The position numbers and the translations under genes are program-made. Positions 40,105 through 52,646 of a stretch of DNA of 64,000 nt are shown here, piece after piece (the stretch's first letter is position 1; every line of letters begins with the position of its first letter). The notes under the pieces are model-generated. The model was not told the DNA's origin, ran no database searches, and saw nothing but the letters and a program-made list of their open reading frames with translations. This DNA is from Nemertoderma westbladi (Eukaryota; Animalia; Xenacoelomorpha), in NCBI GenBank assembly GCA_032718475.1, contig JAUCBJ010009090.1, positions 1 to 64,000 of the forward strand, given 5' to 3'.

Positions 40105-40569
40105 TATTACCTAGTTAACAATGTTCCTATTGCATTATCCATAGCTCATATGATAGTAAAAAGGGCAAAAAGACACCCTTAGCACAAGTAAAGAATATGT
40201 GGCGTGACACCTAGAAAAGGGGTTAACTGGTCAAAATCACAATTCAAGAAAAACGCAGTTAAAGATTTAGAAATTTAACGGAAGCGAAGCTTCAGTGTAG
40301 GATTGTATTGTATAACCTGATCGAACAGTACAAATGTACAACAAAATCAGGTATTTACCAGAAAATAAGTAAATAAGTAATATGATATGATTATGAAAAT
40401 AAGTAATAATAAATATAATTTAATAATAAGTAAGTACATACAGTAATATATAGTAATGTATAGTATAGTATAGAATATTCAACGAAGGGACATGTACCAA
40501 GGAGCATGTACGTACATAAGGTTTCAAAGACAACCGATCGAACGTTGACAACCTTGCACGACTACTCCA

Positions 40570-40571
<2 letters not shown>

Positions 40572-40621
<50 letters not shown>

Positions 40622-43167
40622 TCGGGTACACCAGTCTAGCCGGCATTTATATTAATTAAAACTGTTAAAAGATAAAAATATATATATCCAGCTGCACTAC
40701 AATATGATTGAAAGTAAAAATTGTGATCACAGATCACAACTAGGCCGTTAATTATAACACCGTTAGTAGCATCAGTTCACCAAATCAAACAATAAAATAA
40801 GCAGAAATCCTAGGGGCAAGCCATGTATTCAACTAAATTCCGTAGTAGTCTATTATTCGTTTGTGTTTGATGGTAAAGCTAGTGTTTGATAGATTATAAC
40901 AGTTCGATATGAACTCCGCGTGGTCCTTGTCTGTACAGTTCGGTTGTCCAGAGTTCAGCCTTGCAAATAGTTGATTGCGGTTATAGGTGTAGTTCATGAG
41001 AGAGCTAACCTCTGGGAGACTATAGTGTAGCCTGGCATTGTTGTAGGTGCCACCAATCCCACAATATTGCGCACCTTTAGGATCAATGGAATTGAGTTGG
41101 ACCGCTATCCTTATGCACTGCTGGATATGAGTGTTTGGAGATCTAATCGAACGCAGCATGGTTCCCAAGCATTGCCGGTAAGCTGAGTTTGATATGTCAT
41201 CAGTGCGGTATAGGTTAAGCAGTGTACCATTGGACACGTAATTTCCTACATGAATTAAACCGCGTAACACTTTTCTATGGTAGGCGTCTGCTGACAGTAG
41301 CTCCGATTTTGATAATGCGCCAAAGTGATATGTTGTTTTGTATAGAATTGATGGTAATGCTAGAGATCTCCATAACTTGGCTACTGTTTCAACGTTATAT
41401 CTTTGTGCAGTCCATCTAAAGTTGTGGAATATCTCGGAATGCATTGCAATTGATTTGATGATCTCAGATAAATGTTTACCTGTAGGTGAGATTTTAAACC
41501 CCAGAAATTTAATATGATTCGATGGCTTCATTTCAGTTCCGTTTATTTTTAGAGACTTTGCGGTAGCTGCTCCCTTTTTTCCTGCGATTAACATCCAATT
41601 TGATTTGTCTGGATCAATATTTAGGCTGAGATCACGAAGCGAGGCAATAATCCCGTCACACATTTTTTCCGCAGCTGAGGCAGTTGTGCTAATGAGCAGA
41701 ATATCGTCCGCATATGAGAAGCTGCCGAGGGGAATATGGAAGATCTTACAGCCGAGGTTGTTATTTTGTGCCTTTTCCATGACCTGTTGGATATAGAAAT
41801 TGAAAAATGGTGGTGAAATCAGTGATCCCTGTCTCAGTCCTTTGTAGAGATTTATACCCACAGTATCGAGTTTGTTGTTTATTTTGATGAATGCTTTGGT
41901 GTTACTATAGTAATATAGTAATAACCTCGCTATAAATGGATTAATAGGTGTTTCACTGATTAATTTGCTAAGCAGCTTATGTATATCAACTGTATCGAAG
42001 GCCGCCGAAATATCCATCTGGGTCACATAAACCGATGAATCCCCCCTTCTATAGTATTGTAGCAGTTCAAGGATAGCTCCAATAACCAAGTCTGTCCCCA
42101 TGCCTTTTTGGTATGCGTATTGCGAGTCGCTGGGATGTAAAACTTTGGTTAACGAGATAGAGATGATCAGCAGTTCCATGATCTTAGCCAGTATAGGAAT
42201 GGATGCAATGGGACGATATGAGGTCGCTTGCAGTACAGTCTTACCTTTTCCTTTGAAAATGTAGCTAATTACGGTATCACCGAATATAGTGGGTGTTTCT
42301 CCAAGTAGCAACGTTGAGTTTATAATATTGGTGATATGTTTACAGATGTTTTCCTCGGCATCAGCATAAATAAGATTCTCCACCGTTAAGCTAAATATGT
42401 CTGGTGACTTCCCACGATTTAAAGCTAAGATAGCATTTCGAACTGTTACTGTCGAAACTAAAGGGCAGTTAAAGTCTCCACTGTCAATTTGTTGATTTAT
42501 TTCATCCTTCAGGGACGTCATATCGGCATCATAATTGTCGGTTTTATAACCCTGTCTTGTTATTAGTTGATCCTTAAACTCCCGTCTTAGTGACTCAGGT
42601 GTTTTCTGATCCGTTCTCTTTTGAAAGTGATTCCAGAAGGCGTGTGGGCCCGATTTAGTCGATTTAAGAACTATGTTGGAGACCCTTTGTTTAACTAAGT
42701 AGTTACGTAACCGTCGTGTGGATCGCTTGGATTCCTTGAAAGCGGTTTTGATATTATCGTCGTCTTCTTTTCCTCTCTGGCACCATATATTGTAAAGATC
42801 CTTGGTGGTTTTTGTTCGCTCCTTGAGTTGTGCATTTCTAATTCTATAATTGCTATTTAGTTTACGTCGCTTATAAATAGGAATATGCATGAATGCCGCT
42901 TCGTGTATAGTGTTTTGGAATTCCTCGGTGTAGCTGTTAAGATTTTCAATAGTCCGCCCACTCCCTGGAGTGTTATAAACTGACTCTAAGCGTGTCAGTC
43001 CCTCATTTATCGCATTACTATAGTCACGAAGGTTACTCTCTGTTGCCTTCTTCCAATTGAAACGAGTTGGTCCTTCTCTGACATTTTGTTTACGATTTGT
43101 GCTGTTGTCTTGCTGGGTAGACTTACCAGTTGTGGTCTCGAGTATACAAGCTATAGGTGAATGATCC
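40572..43167 (-). mobile_element. Young 5'-truncated non-LTR retrotransposon (RTEX-like) with 48-nt poly(A)
   Basis: Pure T48 at 40572-40619 fused to AATAAA; ~210-bp 3' UTR; open frame begins at the last endonuclease motif (DHSPI). Confidence 0.88.
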
Positions 43168-43238
43168 CACGCAATGACAATGACAATGACTCCCACGCCT
43201 GACAACGGGTTAGCAACTAATTTAGGGAGATTCAGCAT
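40833..43238 (-). CDS. LINE ORF2 reverse transcriptase (endonuclease truncated; first ~24 codons are probably flanking DNA)
   Basis: KSPD, SYRPIAS, QYAYQ, DISAAFDTV, GLRQGSLISP, YADD and IKFLG motifs in one stop-free frame. Confidence 0.9.
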   Translation of the reverse strand: MLNLPKLVANPLSGVGVIVIVIAWDHSPIACILETTTGKSTQQDNSTNRKQNVREGPTRFNWKKATESNLRDYSNAINEGLTRLESVYNTPGSGRTIENLNSYTEEFQNTIHEAAFMHIPIYKRRKLNSNYRIRNAQLKERTKTTKDLYNIWCQRGKEDDDNIKTAFKESKRSTRRLRNYLVKQRVSNIVLKSTKSGPHAFWNHFQKRTDQKTPESLRREFKDQLITRQGYKTDNYDADMTSLKDEINQQIDSGDFNCPLVSTVTVRNAILALNRGKSPDIFSLTVENLIYADAEENICKHITNIINSTLLLGETPTIFGDTVISYIFKGKGKTVLQATSYRPIASIPILAKIMELLIISISLTKVLHPSDSQYAYQKGMGTDLVIGAILELLQYYRRGDSSVYVTQMDISAAFDTVDIHKLLSKLISETPINPFIARLLLYYYSNTKAFIKINNKLDTVGINLYKGLRQGSLISPPFFNFYIQQVMEKAQNNNLGCKIFHIPLGSFSYADDILLISTTASAAEKMCDGIIASLRDLSLNIDPDKSNWMLIAGKKGAATAKSLKINGTEMKPSNHIKFLGFKISPTGKHLSEIIKSIAMHSEIFHNFRWTAQRYNVETVAKLWRSLALPSILYKTTYHFGALSKSELLSADAYHRKVLRGLIHVGNYVSNGTLLNLYRTDDISNSAYRQCLGTMLRSIRSPNTHIQQCIRIAVQLNSIDPKGAQYCGIGGTYNNARLHYSLPEVSSLMNYTYNRNQLFARLNSGQPNCTDKDHAEFISNCYNLSNTSFTIKHKRIIDYYGI

Positions 43239-44153
43239 ACCGCACTCATATTACTCACAAACTCGTATATAATATCTCCACTTGCGGAAACATTACTAAC
43301 AATCGACTTTATTTCTCGACCATGCAGTGGGTATGACTTGTATTTATACACCAGATTTGTAATTATACAGAATAGCACTTTTCCATTTTATAACCTGTAG
43401 CCTAGCTAATAAACACACCACCCGACCAGCCGACCCAACACAAAACCGTCAAGACGCTACAATTCTACCCTCATTATTCATGAGACAACCTAAATTAACA
43501 CATCTTAGTAAAAACTTGGCATCTTGCAAATTAAGCAGTGTTAATGTTATTTGTATTCCAAAGTGAACATAATGCGGTTATGGTAATTAGGGAATAACTT
43601 TAATGTTTTACATCGTCGAGTTGCGGGAAGCAAGTTAAATAAACTCTGAACAATATTAGGATGTACAATAGTCAGTATTATAATGGCTTGTCTTACACAA
43701 CAATGGGTGCTTGAAATGTTGGCTGTTGTTACGGATTATTTTTAACTCTACCAAATATTAATAATAAGGAGAGCGAGCTATTGCAGCATCATAATTTCAT
43801 AAAAATGGTTCATGAACTCTATTGATTTTAAATAATTGATTGAAGTCGTATAATCTTCCACTTTATAAGTTTACAGTGTGAGACGAGACGAGCCAACGAT
43901 AATTCCAGACAGGGAAATCTGTAATCTTTTTACATCTGTAAAGTTCTGTAATCCGAAGAACTGTAATCTTATAAAGTGCGGCGTTAGGACTTTCAGTGCG
44001 TAATTTTTAATTTATTTCCACAATTTATTCATAATATTTTAAAAATCCTTCTTTTGAATGAGCGATTTTTTTACTTTACAAGAAAAACATACATAGATTG
44101 TGGTGCACCGCCATGTCAGTTCATCGTCAAACCAATATTTTTATCGTGAATGG

Positions 44154-44429
44154 GCCCATGTGAAGAATACCAGACTTTCTACCGTTATATTTCACTTTGC
44201 AGTTACCCCCATGTGAAGAATACCAGGTTTTCACCAAAAACACAGGTTACAGAAGGGCTGAATTTAACCAAAACAATAAACGAATTAGTATATGTACAGG
44301 TTATAAGACAGAAATAAGCGTTATAAAACACTTAATAAAGTTAAATTAAAAAAAATAAAAAATCTTCATATATAAAATTCCAATAAAAAGTTGACCGAAA
44401 AGTGAAATCCTGGTATTCTTCACATGGGC
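44154..44429. mobile_element. Small MITE
   Basis: TIR GCCCATGTGAAGAATACCAG / CTGGTATTCTTCACATGGGC, with an internal repeat of the TIR at ~44208. Confidence 0.7.
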
Positions 44430-44596
44430 GCGTGAATGTCAACAAATTCTATAAAAAATAGTAAAATTAAAATAATAATGTTAATACTATTTCAAATAAC
44501 TTGGATAGAAGCATTGGAAATTTAGGCGCAAACGTTCTCACATTGTATTACGTTCTTTTCTAAATACTGACTGTTTTTATATCAGAGAATTAGATG

Positions 44597-47500
44597 TTAT
44601 CTAATACGAGGATCACACACAACTCCTCTACTAAAGAGGCCAATTCTGTCCTCAAGAATGCATCGTACCCAAATAGTGTAGCTAAGGTTACTCTTAATTT
44701 CTTCCGTAAATGTGAATTTTGTCAAACCGAGAATCCAGGCTTTATAATTGGTTCGACCTTCTTCTTGTAACCAAATTTCATATCTAAAAAATCAACAAAA
44801 AGATATGATAATTGATAAGAAACTTCCATGTACAACATGTATTGTAGAAGTATAGGCCTACTGTGAGATACGTTTCTAGAAAAGGGATTAAACAATGTGC
44901 CTATACATACCCAAATGTTTACAGCTATACGTACCGATCTACTGGTTGGCCTACACATACCCAAATGCTTACAGCTACACGTACCGATCTACTGGTTGGC
45001 CTACACATACCCAAATGCTTACAGCTATACGTACCGATCTACTGGTTGGCCTACACATACCCAAATGCTTACAGCTACACGTACCGATCTACTGGTTGGC
45101 CTACACATACCCAAATGCTTACAGCTACACGTACCGATCTACTGGCTGGCCTACACATACCCAAATGCTTACAGCTACACGTACCGATCTACTGGCTGGC
45201 CTACACATACCCAAATGCTTTCAGCTACACGTACCGATCTACTGGCTGGCCTACACATACCCAAATGCTTTCAGCTACACGTACCGATCTACTGGTTGGC
45301 CTACACATACCCAAATGCTTACAGCTACACGTACCGATCTACTGGTTGGCCTACACATACCCAAATGCTTACAGCTACACGTACCGATCTACTGGTTGGC
45401 CTACACATACCCAAATGCTTACAGCTACACGTACCGATCTACTGGTTGGCCTACACATACCCAAATGCTTACAGCTACACGTACCGATCTACTGGTTGGC
45501 CTACACATACCCAAATGCTTACAGCTACACGTACCGATCTACTGGTTGGCCTACACATACCCAAATGCTTACAGCTACACGTACCGATCTACTGGTTGGC
45601 CTACACATACCCAAATGCTTACAGCTACACGTACCGATCTACTGGTTGGCCTACACATACCCAAATGCTTACAGCTACACGTACCGATCTACTGGTTGGC
45701 CTACACATACCCAAATGCTTACAGCTACACGTACCGATCTACTGGTTGGCCTACACATACCCAAATGCTTACAGCTACACGTACCGATCTACTGGTTGGC
45801 CTACACATACCCAAATGCTTACAGCTACACGTACCAATCTACTGGTTGGCCTATACATGATAATTTTGATTCTCAAGCTGTTGAGTTGAGTGAGAGTTTA
45901 TGCTCCATTAAATTGGGTTTCCTATAGTCGTTTATGGTTTTGGTTCCATTCAACCCGCCTTTGTGAGCTGCCTACAAGTAGGTGACACCGTGCCGGTGTG
46001 TAGGTGTAGGAAATAGGTTCAAATAGAGCGCCTATCCTTATATACCATAATATAAATTATTTTTATTATTATTGTAAGTATTTTTTACAGAACGAAGGTA
46101 AAATGATGAATAAATTCAAAATTTAAACTTATCCTGATTCATCCTGTGTCTGTCTCTCAGAGCCCTTATATGCATTATTATAGTAAAGTAATCGCGTTGG
46201 ATAGGAATATTGAAAAACTAACATTTCTCAATTGAGTAGGTTTACTAAAACCAAAGAAATTAGATACCTAAATATCAACTAACTTTTCAGTCTCATTTTT
46301 AAGGCGAATGGATTTCAGATTCCAAGGCGGATCCCACGACACAAACAAGGCGGGTCCAACACTCACTTTGAGAGATTCACAGTTCACTTCATCCACAGGT
46401 CCCGGATAGAGTCTAACAACGTAATCATTTTCTTCATCCGAGAGAGTTTCATTAAAAGCGCCTCGCACAGAGTCAACTAAACTATCGCACTCCACATATG
46501 TGTCCTGGTAAATTCTAAATAGCCACTCAGGATCTCTGCAGCAAAGATGGGGTTTAACCTCTCGACTGTCAATTATCTCTTGTTGCCGTACCTTAGACAG
46601 ATGCGATATGCCCCCCAGTTCTGGTGGTCTGTCTGGGTGAGTTGTACTGTACGAAGCATTCCTGTTGGACCACGACCGGTATTTGAGTTTGAGGCCGGGA
46701 ATTTGTGTCATAATTCGGTACGGGGTGTAATCAAGCGGATTTATGGCAAAGGGATAAAGTTCTACTAAAGTAGATCCCCTTGGGAGAAATATACCCAAAG
46801 ACAAACACGATCCGTGCATCCCAATTAGAGAAAAAGCCCGTGATACCCTATCTATAAGTTCGCTAAGAGTATGTGTCTCCAGAGAAACTGATGAAATCTT
46901 TCGATTAGTGAGTGTTTCAAGTCGATGAACAATTTCATCTTCATTTACAATCAAGCGATTGCTTCTCCTAGTGCAAAGGATTATCTCCGGTTTGCTTTTA
47001 ACCGAACCAACTTCTGACGCGTAAAGCCCCAGTCTGTGGCGTAGAAACCCAGTGAAGGATAGCACTTGAGAACTTCTCACCTGTCATATCAAAAAGGGAA
47101 TATATAGATTAATCATTGAAGCGGAGACATACTAACTCTTTGCGCGGGTAACTAATGAGATAAATTTGCCCCATAAGGGGCCTTTTGATTTTAGCTCAGT
47201 AACACACACAGTAGAGTAGGAACTTTTTCTAAGCCCAGCAAGAAATCACCTCCTGGAATGTTAGGAGGAAGGCGGAAGGGTGGCGTCTAATGAATACCAA
47301 TGGATAAAGGTAATTTTACGCAGTGGTTTACTTAAGGATAATGCAACAAATTGAGCGCTGATTTGAAATCCTAGAAATTACAGCAGTGAAGCTATAGTTA
47401 TGTAACCGAAAAATAAATTAGCTAATTTAGAATTGGAATATGTAATGATTATTATGAAACAGCTACAAATCCGTTACCGCAAAGACAACACCTGTGGTGA

Positions 47501-49356
47501 ATTTATGAGGTTGATTTTACACGGATCGTCATCTGAATTTGGTTACGAAAAATTATCATAAAAAGTGCGATATTTTTCGTACCACGGTTGTTTTTAGGTT
47601 CAGATACTCGTTAGTGATAGTATTCAACGTGTCCCCCATTCGAATGATTTGTTTTTTCAAAACCACTTTACAATATTTTGTGCGCAAAATCAAAACAAAA
47701 ATAATCATGACCGCTTTGATTTAACGCTAACTTGATAAGGACTGCTGCATAACTGTTACATGATTGTAATGTTGTATTGTCATAACTGTTACATGACTGC
47801 ATGTATGTGTAAATGTATACTTCACATTTTTGTCTAATTTAGTAAAGATTTACTTGGGATATTATATATATATAAATATATATATTCTTGGGACACGGAA
47901 TTGCATTGGACCCAGATGTCGAGGAATTCCAGCCAAGCACCTTACAGACCTTGCCTTTACTGATGTCTTGGGAGTACTCTGGCCAACAATAATGGAGCGC
48001 AACTTCTACTCAGCTCATTGGTGCAAGCTTCATATAGTGTTGGAGTTTTTGTTAACTCAAAGAAGACCATATTTTAACAGTGACAAAACTGTGACACTAC
48101 TCAGGACATTACAAGATCTTTTGATCGCAAGATTCTTATTGCCAGATTTTCTGATTGTATGAGCATGAGCGCCAAGGAAGGTGTGCTCGAGCATGTAGAT
48201 GAATTCTGCTACTTGGATCCGGAAATCAATTGAAGACCTTCGAATACGTAAGGGGAAAGAATGGGTAGCTTTTAATGGGTTGTCTAATATTTGGAACTAT
48301 TCAACAATGTAGAGCAGCAATAGATCCAGTACTCCCATATGGGAGCCCATGCTTGCGCTGGGCTCTATAAGTCAACATCCCAGGCTTGTCAATTGAGCCG
48401 CCTCCGATTTGCAGGAGATTGGTTTTGAGGTTAGGATCTGCATTAGCGGCATCATGGAGTGTACAGATGCAAGGCTGCATCCATAGGCATCTGTAGATTC
48501 TAATATAAACTCATCCAAACTTCCGCTAAAAACTTACCTGTAAATCAGGTAAGGGACCTTGTGGATGGGTAAAGCCATATTGATACCAAATTGTGGATTT
48601 AAGTAGACCAACGTAAGCGTGCTCAAAACATACTAGTTGGCCATGATCCCGATCAAATCCTTGCAATTCGATAGGCGGCGATTCAGTAAACAAATGGTAG
48701 ATGTTGCTACCTGGAGGTTGCGGTCGAGATTCGTCGGTGAATATCAGATTTATCTTAAACGGCTGCATCCCGCGCTGATTAGTTATCTTTCTCAGCGTGT
48801 GGAACAGCGGCAATGCATCGTCGTGGATGGTATGGAAGAGGTTGCCTGGGTTAAAACGCTCCATAATAAAACTCGCGCCGTTAATAAGAGAGATGTTAGG
48901 GAAGGTATCGAGTATAGAGACAAGAACGTCTGTGTAGTGGAAGTAGAGAGCGTTGTGGTCACGGACACCGGATAGGTCGGCCATAGCGGGATCGAAGCGG
49001 TTCTCTGGAACTCCGTCTACAATCGATAACGGGGAATGGAGAAACAGGAAGACTTTCCCAGCAGGTCGGTAGCACAAGTTGTGGAAGTGACAGTGTCTAT
49101 CTAAGTGGGAAACCCCGTCGCACCAAACGGAAGTTCCCCGGGATAATTTCAGTTTAACAGACTTAGTTTCTATTTCCACATCGTTTTGGATTTCGTTTGA
49201 TTTCTTATCAGTTGTTGTTTGTTGTAGAAAATCAATGTTTTCTCTTAGAATCGTTTTGTTTGTATTTATATAGAATGGGATGAAACCGGTTCCAAAAACA
49301 GCAACGATAAACGCGAAAGCGCACCACGGTAAACTACTAGAGTTCATTATGCCCAT
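44597..49356 (-). CDS. POMGNT2: Protein O-linked mannose beta-1,4-N-acetylglucosaminyltransferase 2 (GT61), 3 coding exons: 49356-48538, 47080-46284, 44783-44597 (~600 aa)
   Basis: N-terminal TM, RFNPGNLFHTIHDD, WYQYGF..PQGP, GMHG, ELYPFAINP..YTPY, HLCCRDPEWLFRIYQDT and FN3 tail PWNLK...KYEIWLQEEG...WVRC. Splice phases 0 (CAG|GTAAGT...ACAG|GTG) and 2 (AA|GTTAGT...TTTAG|A) are consistent; exon 3 was translated by hand. Confidence 0.93.
44899..45858. repeat. 50-bp minisatellite, ~19 copies, in POMGNT2 intron 2
   Basis: Unit CTACACATACCCAAATGCTTACAGCTACACGTACCGATCTACTGGTTGGC. Confidence 0.97.
47890..48465 (+). mobile_element. Old degenerate copy of the same RTE family in POMGNT2 intron 1 (antisense to gene)
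   Basis: RGIPAKHLTDLAFTD matches RGNPAKYLTDLDFAD of the 27 kb copy; GAAGACCTTCGAATACGTAAGGG and CGCCTCCGATTTGCAGG also align. Confidence 0.8.
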
Positions 49357-51090
49357 CAATTGATAAGAGCCAATAATTTAGTAAAGAGATCTTCGAAAAA
49401 CAACATTATATTAATATTGTTATTTATTTACAAAATTTATATATTAAATTATACAAAATTCTTCTCAACAACTGAAATCATCAAAATGTATATAGTTTAT
49501 TGAGCCAATAATTTAATTGTTAGGTAAAATCTGTCCATTGCTTCAGATTGAAAAATGTTTTCGATATATGTTTAATTATTATAATGAGTTGTTTCCACCT
49601 ATTGTTTTGGAAGATGCAGCCAACTTTTATATTCATCCAACAAATTTACCAATGCGAGAGGTTTCAGTTATCTGTTATCTTGCCAAAATGAAACAACAGT
49701 TTTTTGACCAATCACAACACAGTACGTTCTCTAACTCTGAAGGACTTTACTATTCAATGTAAAAACGTTGTTGGGAAATATTTAAGCGAAGAAACGATGC
49801 GGTGGATAAACGTAATGTTCAGCATCGTGGTGAAAGTTTATCTTGTACAATCGATTCGGTTGTGAAATTGTATTCATTGTACAATTGTATCTGGAACAAT
49901 TTTATACCCAGTGCAATTACTACTAGTAGTAGTACTTCTACTACTAGATCGAGCGAGTTCAGAATGTCTTGTGTAACAACCATAAATTCGTTGTTCAAGT
50001 GATTTCGTCAGTGACCAGGTCTCACCCCCGGATAAAATAATTTCCACTAATAAAAAAATAATGGCCCCAAAGAAAGATCTTCGTCTTTAGGTATGATTTC
50101 CAGATGTTATTATGATGTGGTATTAATGGTATCATTTCCAGATTTTGATAGAACCACCCATGCTTTCCTAACTTTTGTCTTTTCTGCCGTCGTCAACGTC
50201 AAATATAGAAGTCGTCAACGTTCTGACTGTTTCTGTATGTGGGCCGTTGTAATTTCTTCTATTTTGTCCTGTAGGTACTTCTCCGTAAACCATTCTGAGA
50301 TATTCTTTAGTACATTGTATCCAATGCGATATTGTTTCCATTGGACAATTCTATCCGGTACAATTGCATCCGGTGTTGTACCATAAAAGATTAATAGTAG
50401 TCCTATACTTTAGCAGTCAACCAGGAACCAGACTATTTCTAGTCGGAGAATATAATAATTTAGAGGCCTATTATTGGTGGAAATATACGGGCAGTTCCAA
50501 TCAACTAAAACCAGAGTTCGTTTCAACGGATAAAATTAATGACCAAAATAAATAAATAAAAATAAATAACTATTATTTCCTCATTTTACTTCGAAATGGC
50601 CATACCACTGAGGACCTCATTCCGAAACATTCGTAAACTAAACTTAAAAGTCGATGGAGATATACCTACACCTATTATATACCTCAGCAAAGTCCATAAT
50701 GACGGTCATGTTCATGTTCATTTAAAAGCCACTGTCCCAGAGAATTTCTGACAGAGTTTTAATTAATTTTTCAACTGCTTCCTTTAATCAAAGCTAAACT
50801 TTATTCTTGGGAAAAGGAATCCGTACAAGAAAACATTGGCGCCTAATTACTGATACATTATTCTGTGTTCATAGACTCCAAAACTTGCGACAATAGTAGA
50901 AGATCCCATCCTTTCTAATTCAAACCATCGATTTTTAGAAGTTTCGCTTTCTTAACATAATAACTAATCAAATGCATCGCCGGGCATCAATGGGCTAGAA
51001 GTGCCACGCGAAATCCCAACAGGCCATTCCAATCCCACCGTGATTTCCTGTCAGACGCGCAATTTGTTACTGTAGGTTTAGGTAAAATGC

Positions 51091-51600
51091 GCGTAAAATT
51101 ACCTTTATCCATTGGTATTCATTAGACGCCACTCCTCCTGAAATTCCAGGAGGTGATTGCTTGCTGTTCTTGGCAAAAAGCCACTCATCTGCGTTACTGT
51201 GGTAAAATCAAAAGGCCCCTTATGGTGCAAATTTATCTCATTAGTTCTCGGAGCAATGAGTTAGTAAGTCTCCGCTTCAATTATTAATCTATATATTCCC
51301 TTTTTGATATGACAGGTGAAGAGAAGTTCTCAAGTGCAATCCTTGACTTGGTTTCTACGCAGAAGATCTCAGCTTTACGAATCAGCAGCAGTTAGTTCGG
51401 TTAAAAGCAAATCTGAGATCTGTAAATTAAGATGAAATTGTTATTCATTTTACACTCAAAGACTGAAGATTCAGTTTCTCTCAGATATAAATAAGTCCTT
51501 TACTCTGATTGAGAAGCATCGCACGCCTGGTTGTGTTTGTCCACATCTATCCCAAAGCGTCAGTTATTAGTAGAATTCTATTCCCTTTCCACATAAATCT
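51091..51600 (+). pseudogene. Inverted, decayed duplicate of POMGNT2 intron-1 3' end plus part of exon 2
   Basis: 51091-51315 is the reverse complement of ~47320-47081, including the acceptor TTTGATATGACAG|GTG; the exon copy that follows has many indels. Confidence 0.85.
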
Positions 51601-52403
51601 GAAAAATTAACACATCATCAGCAATTCAATGTTGCTGCAGCCAGAACTACATCGGTACAAAGTATAAAGATAATTTATAGCGTAAAGGTGCTGTAAAAGC
51701 ACAGTAGACCTTGTTATAATCATCCCTGGAGAATTGCGCATGTTTCTTGTTTTTATTCGGAATTTTTTATATCTAAAGTATATTTAATTTCCGTTGGTAG
51801 TGGGTGGTGTTGAGGTAATATATACTTAATATGCGTGCTCGCGCACGCATGAATGTACTCATCCCAATTCAGCAACCACCTCTCTCATATCCATTATATT
51901 TCAGTGCGCGAGGGTTTTCAGTCCGTCAGTTATTCTATTAACCTGGAATTTATTAACGACCTGACAAGTCTATGAATTATTCCTCCCAATAATAATTATA
52001 TTCTTGATTTATGATTTATGATATTGGCAGATGTCATTTTCATACTGATCACTAAATCATTGAAGTATAGAACCCTTGTTTAACTAACTACCTTAGTCAA
52101 TAAAACCAAATTGAAATCAAGATTGTTTTTACTGCCATTAATTGAATAATTATAGAATAATTATAATTGTTCGTTAAATCTGTACTGGTAAACACAAAAT
52201 GGCAGTCAATGAATACACATGTAAGGTAGGCAGCATATCAGGATACGTGAAATACGTACGCACATAAATATACAAAGAGAATATTACAGGAGTGATTAAG
52301 CAAATAAATAAATAAATAAATAGGTTATACAAAGTTTATTAGTTGAAGGTTGGCATATCGTATATCTCTTCTAGAACAGGTGATGTTCCCTTAGCATATG
52401 TGA

Positions 52404-52646
52404 TCGAACGGTTTCAGGAATTCTTAGCCCGTCAGTATTCTTAGCCCGCGAGTATTCTTAGCCCGCGAGTATTCTTAGCCGGTGGGTATTCTTAGCCCGT
52501 AAAACAATAACGTTTATTGTTTTGGTTCCCCCAATACGCCTCTGAAACCTGCTCCTTTACTAACTCGCGGGCTAAGAATACTGGCGGACTAAGAATACCC
52601 GAGGGCTAAGAATACTCGCGGGCTAAGAATTCACCCAACCGTTCGA
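52404..52646. mobile_element. MITE with AGTATTCTTAGCCCGCG subterminal repeats
   Basis: Ends TCGAACGGTT / AACCGTTCGA; 4-5 17-bp subrepeats in opposite orientation at each end. Confidence 0.75.

Noticed and set aside
44863-45927. Three 320-354-aa ORFs
   Set aside because: Translation of a stop-free 50-bp minisatellite inside a POMGNT2 intron on the opposite strand.
49797-50002. Possible signal-peptide first exon (MRWINVMFSIVVKVYLVQS) of a gene divergent from POMGNT2
   Set aside because: Weak donor and no convincing continuation; cannot be supported without transcripts.
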